Assembly: GCA_964187785.1 (NCBI GenBank)
Contig: OZ076413.1
Span: 65,038,001-65,102,000 of the forward strand
Reading direction: 5' to 3'
Source of the DNA: Amphiscolops sp. MND2022
Lineage: Eukaryota
DNA length: 64,000 bases
The translations under genes and the position numbers were made by a program. The notes beneath the pieces were generated by a model, which worked only from the letters and a program-made list of their open reading frames with translations, made no database searches and was not told the origin of the DNA. Of this stretch, positions 63,927 to 64,000 are shown one piece after another (positions within the stretch are counted from its first letter, which is position 1; every line of letters starts with the position of its first letter).

Positions 63927-64000
63927 CTAGCAACACACAACAACGTCACAACATACCATGAAAGCTTCAATGTAAACTTTTGTAAACGAGTATTCGTAAA

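Overview
This is AT-rich eukaryotic (animal-type) genomic DNA with spliceosomal genes and a heavy transposon load; no prokaryotic operons or CRISPR arrays are visible. Two host genes lie on the minus strand. The first is an SLC18B1-like MFS transporter (exons ~4.9-24.1 kb) with several unresolved or non-canonical junctions, so it may be decaying. The second is the 3' part of a tandem-domain classical protein tyrosine phosphatase (10 exons, 63.9-45.8 kb), whose D1 has unusual HCRAG and WND motifs. LTR elements comprise three short-LTR Ty3/gypsy copies (1-4545 plus strand; 18003-23609 and 36609-42471 minus strand, the latter two with tRNA-Ser PBS and 5-bp TSDs), one young BEL/Pao element (7091-15074, 5-bp TSD), a 4 x ~1.42 kb tandem array of an LTR-containing segment (24.1-29.8 kb) and a gag remnant. 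DNA elements include Tc1/mariner-, MULE- and hAT-type MITEs, a hAT deletion derivative with an oomycete-style transposase C-terminus, a Helentron/DINE-1-like repeat family and two tRNA-derived SINE-like heads. The most notable signals are a mariner MITE inserted into a coding exon that can be removed in frame as a GT-AG intron, GG/GC donor-like sites at protein-predicted junctions of the same gene, and the LTR array immediately upstream of that gene's first coding exon. All family assignments come from motif reading; no database searches were run.
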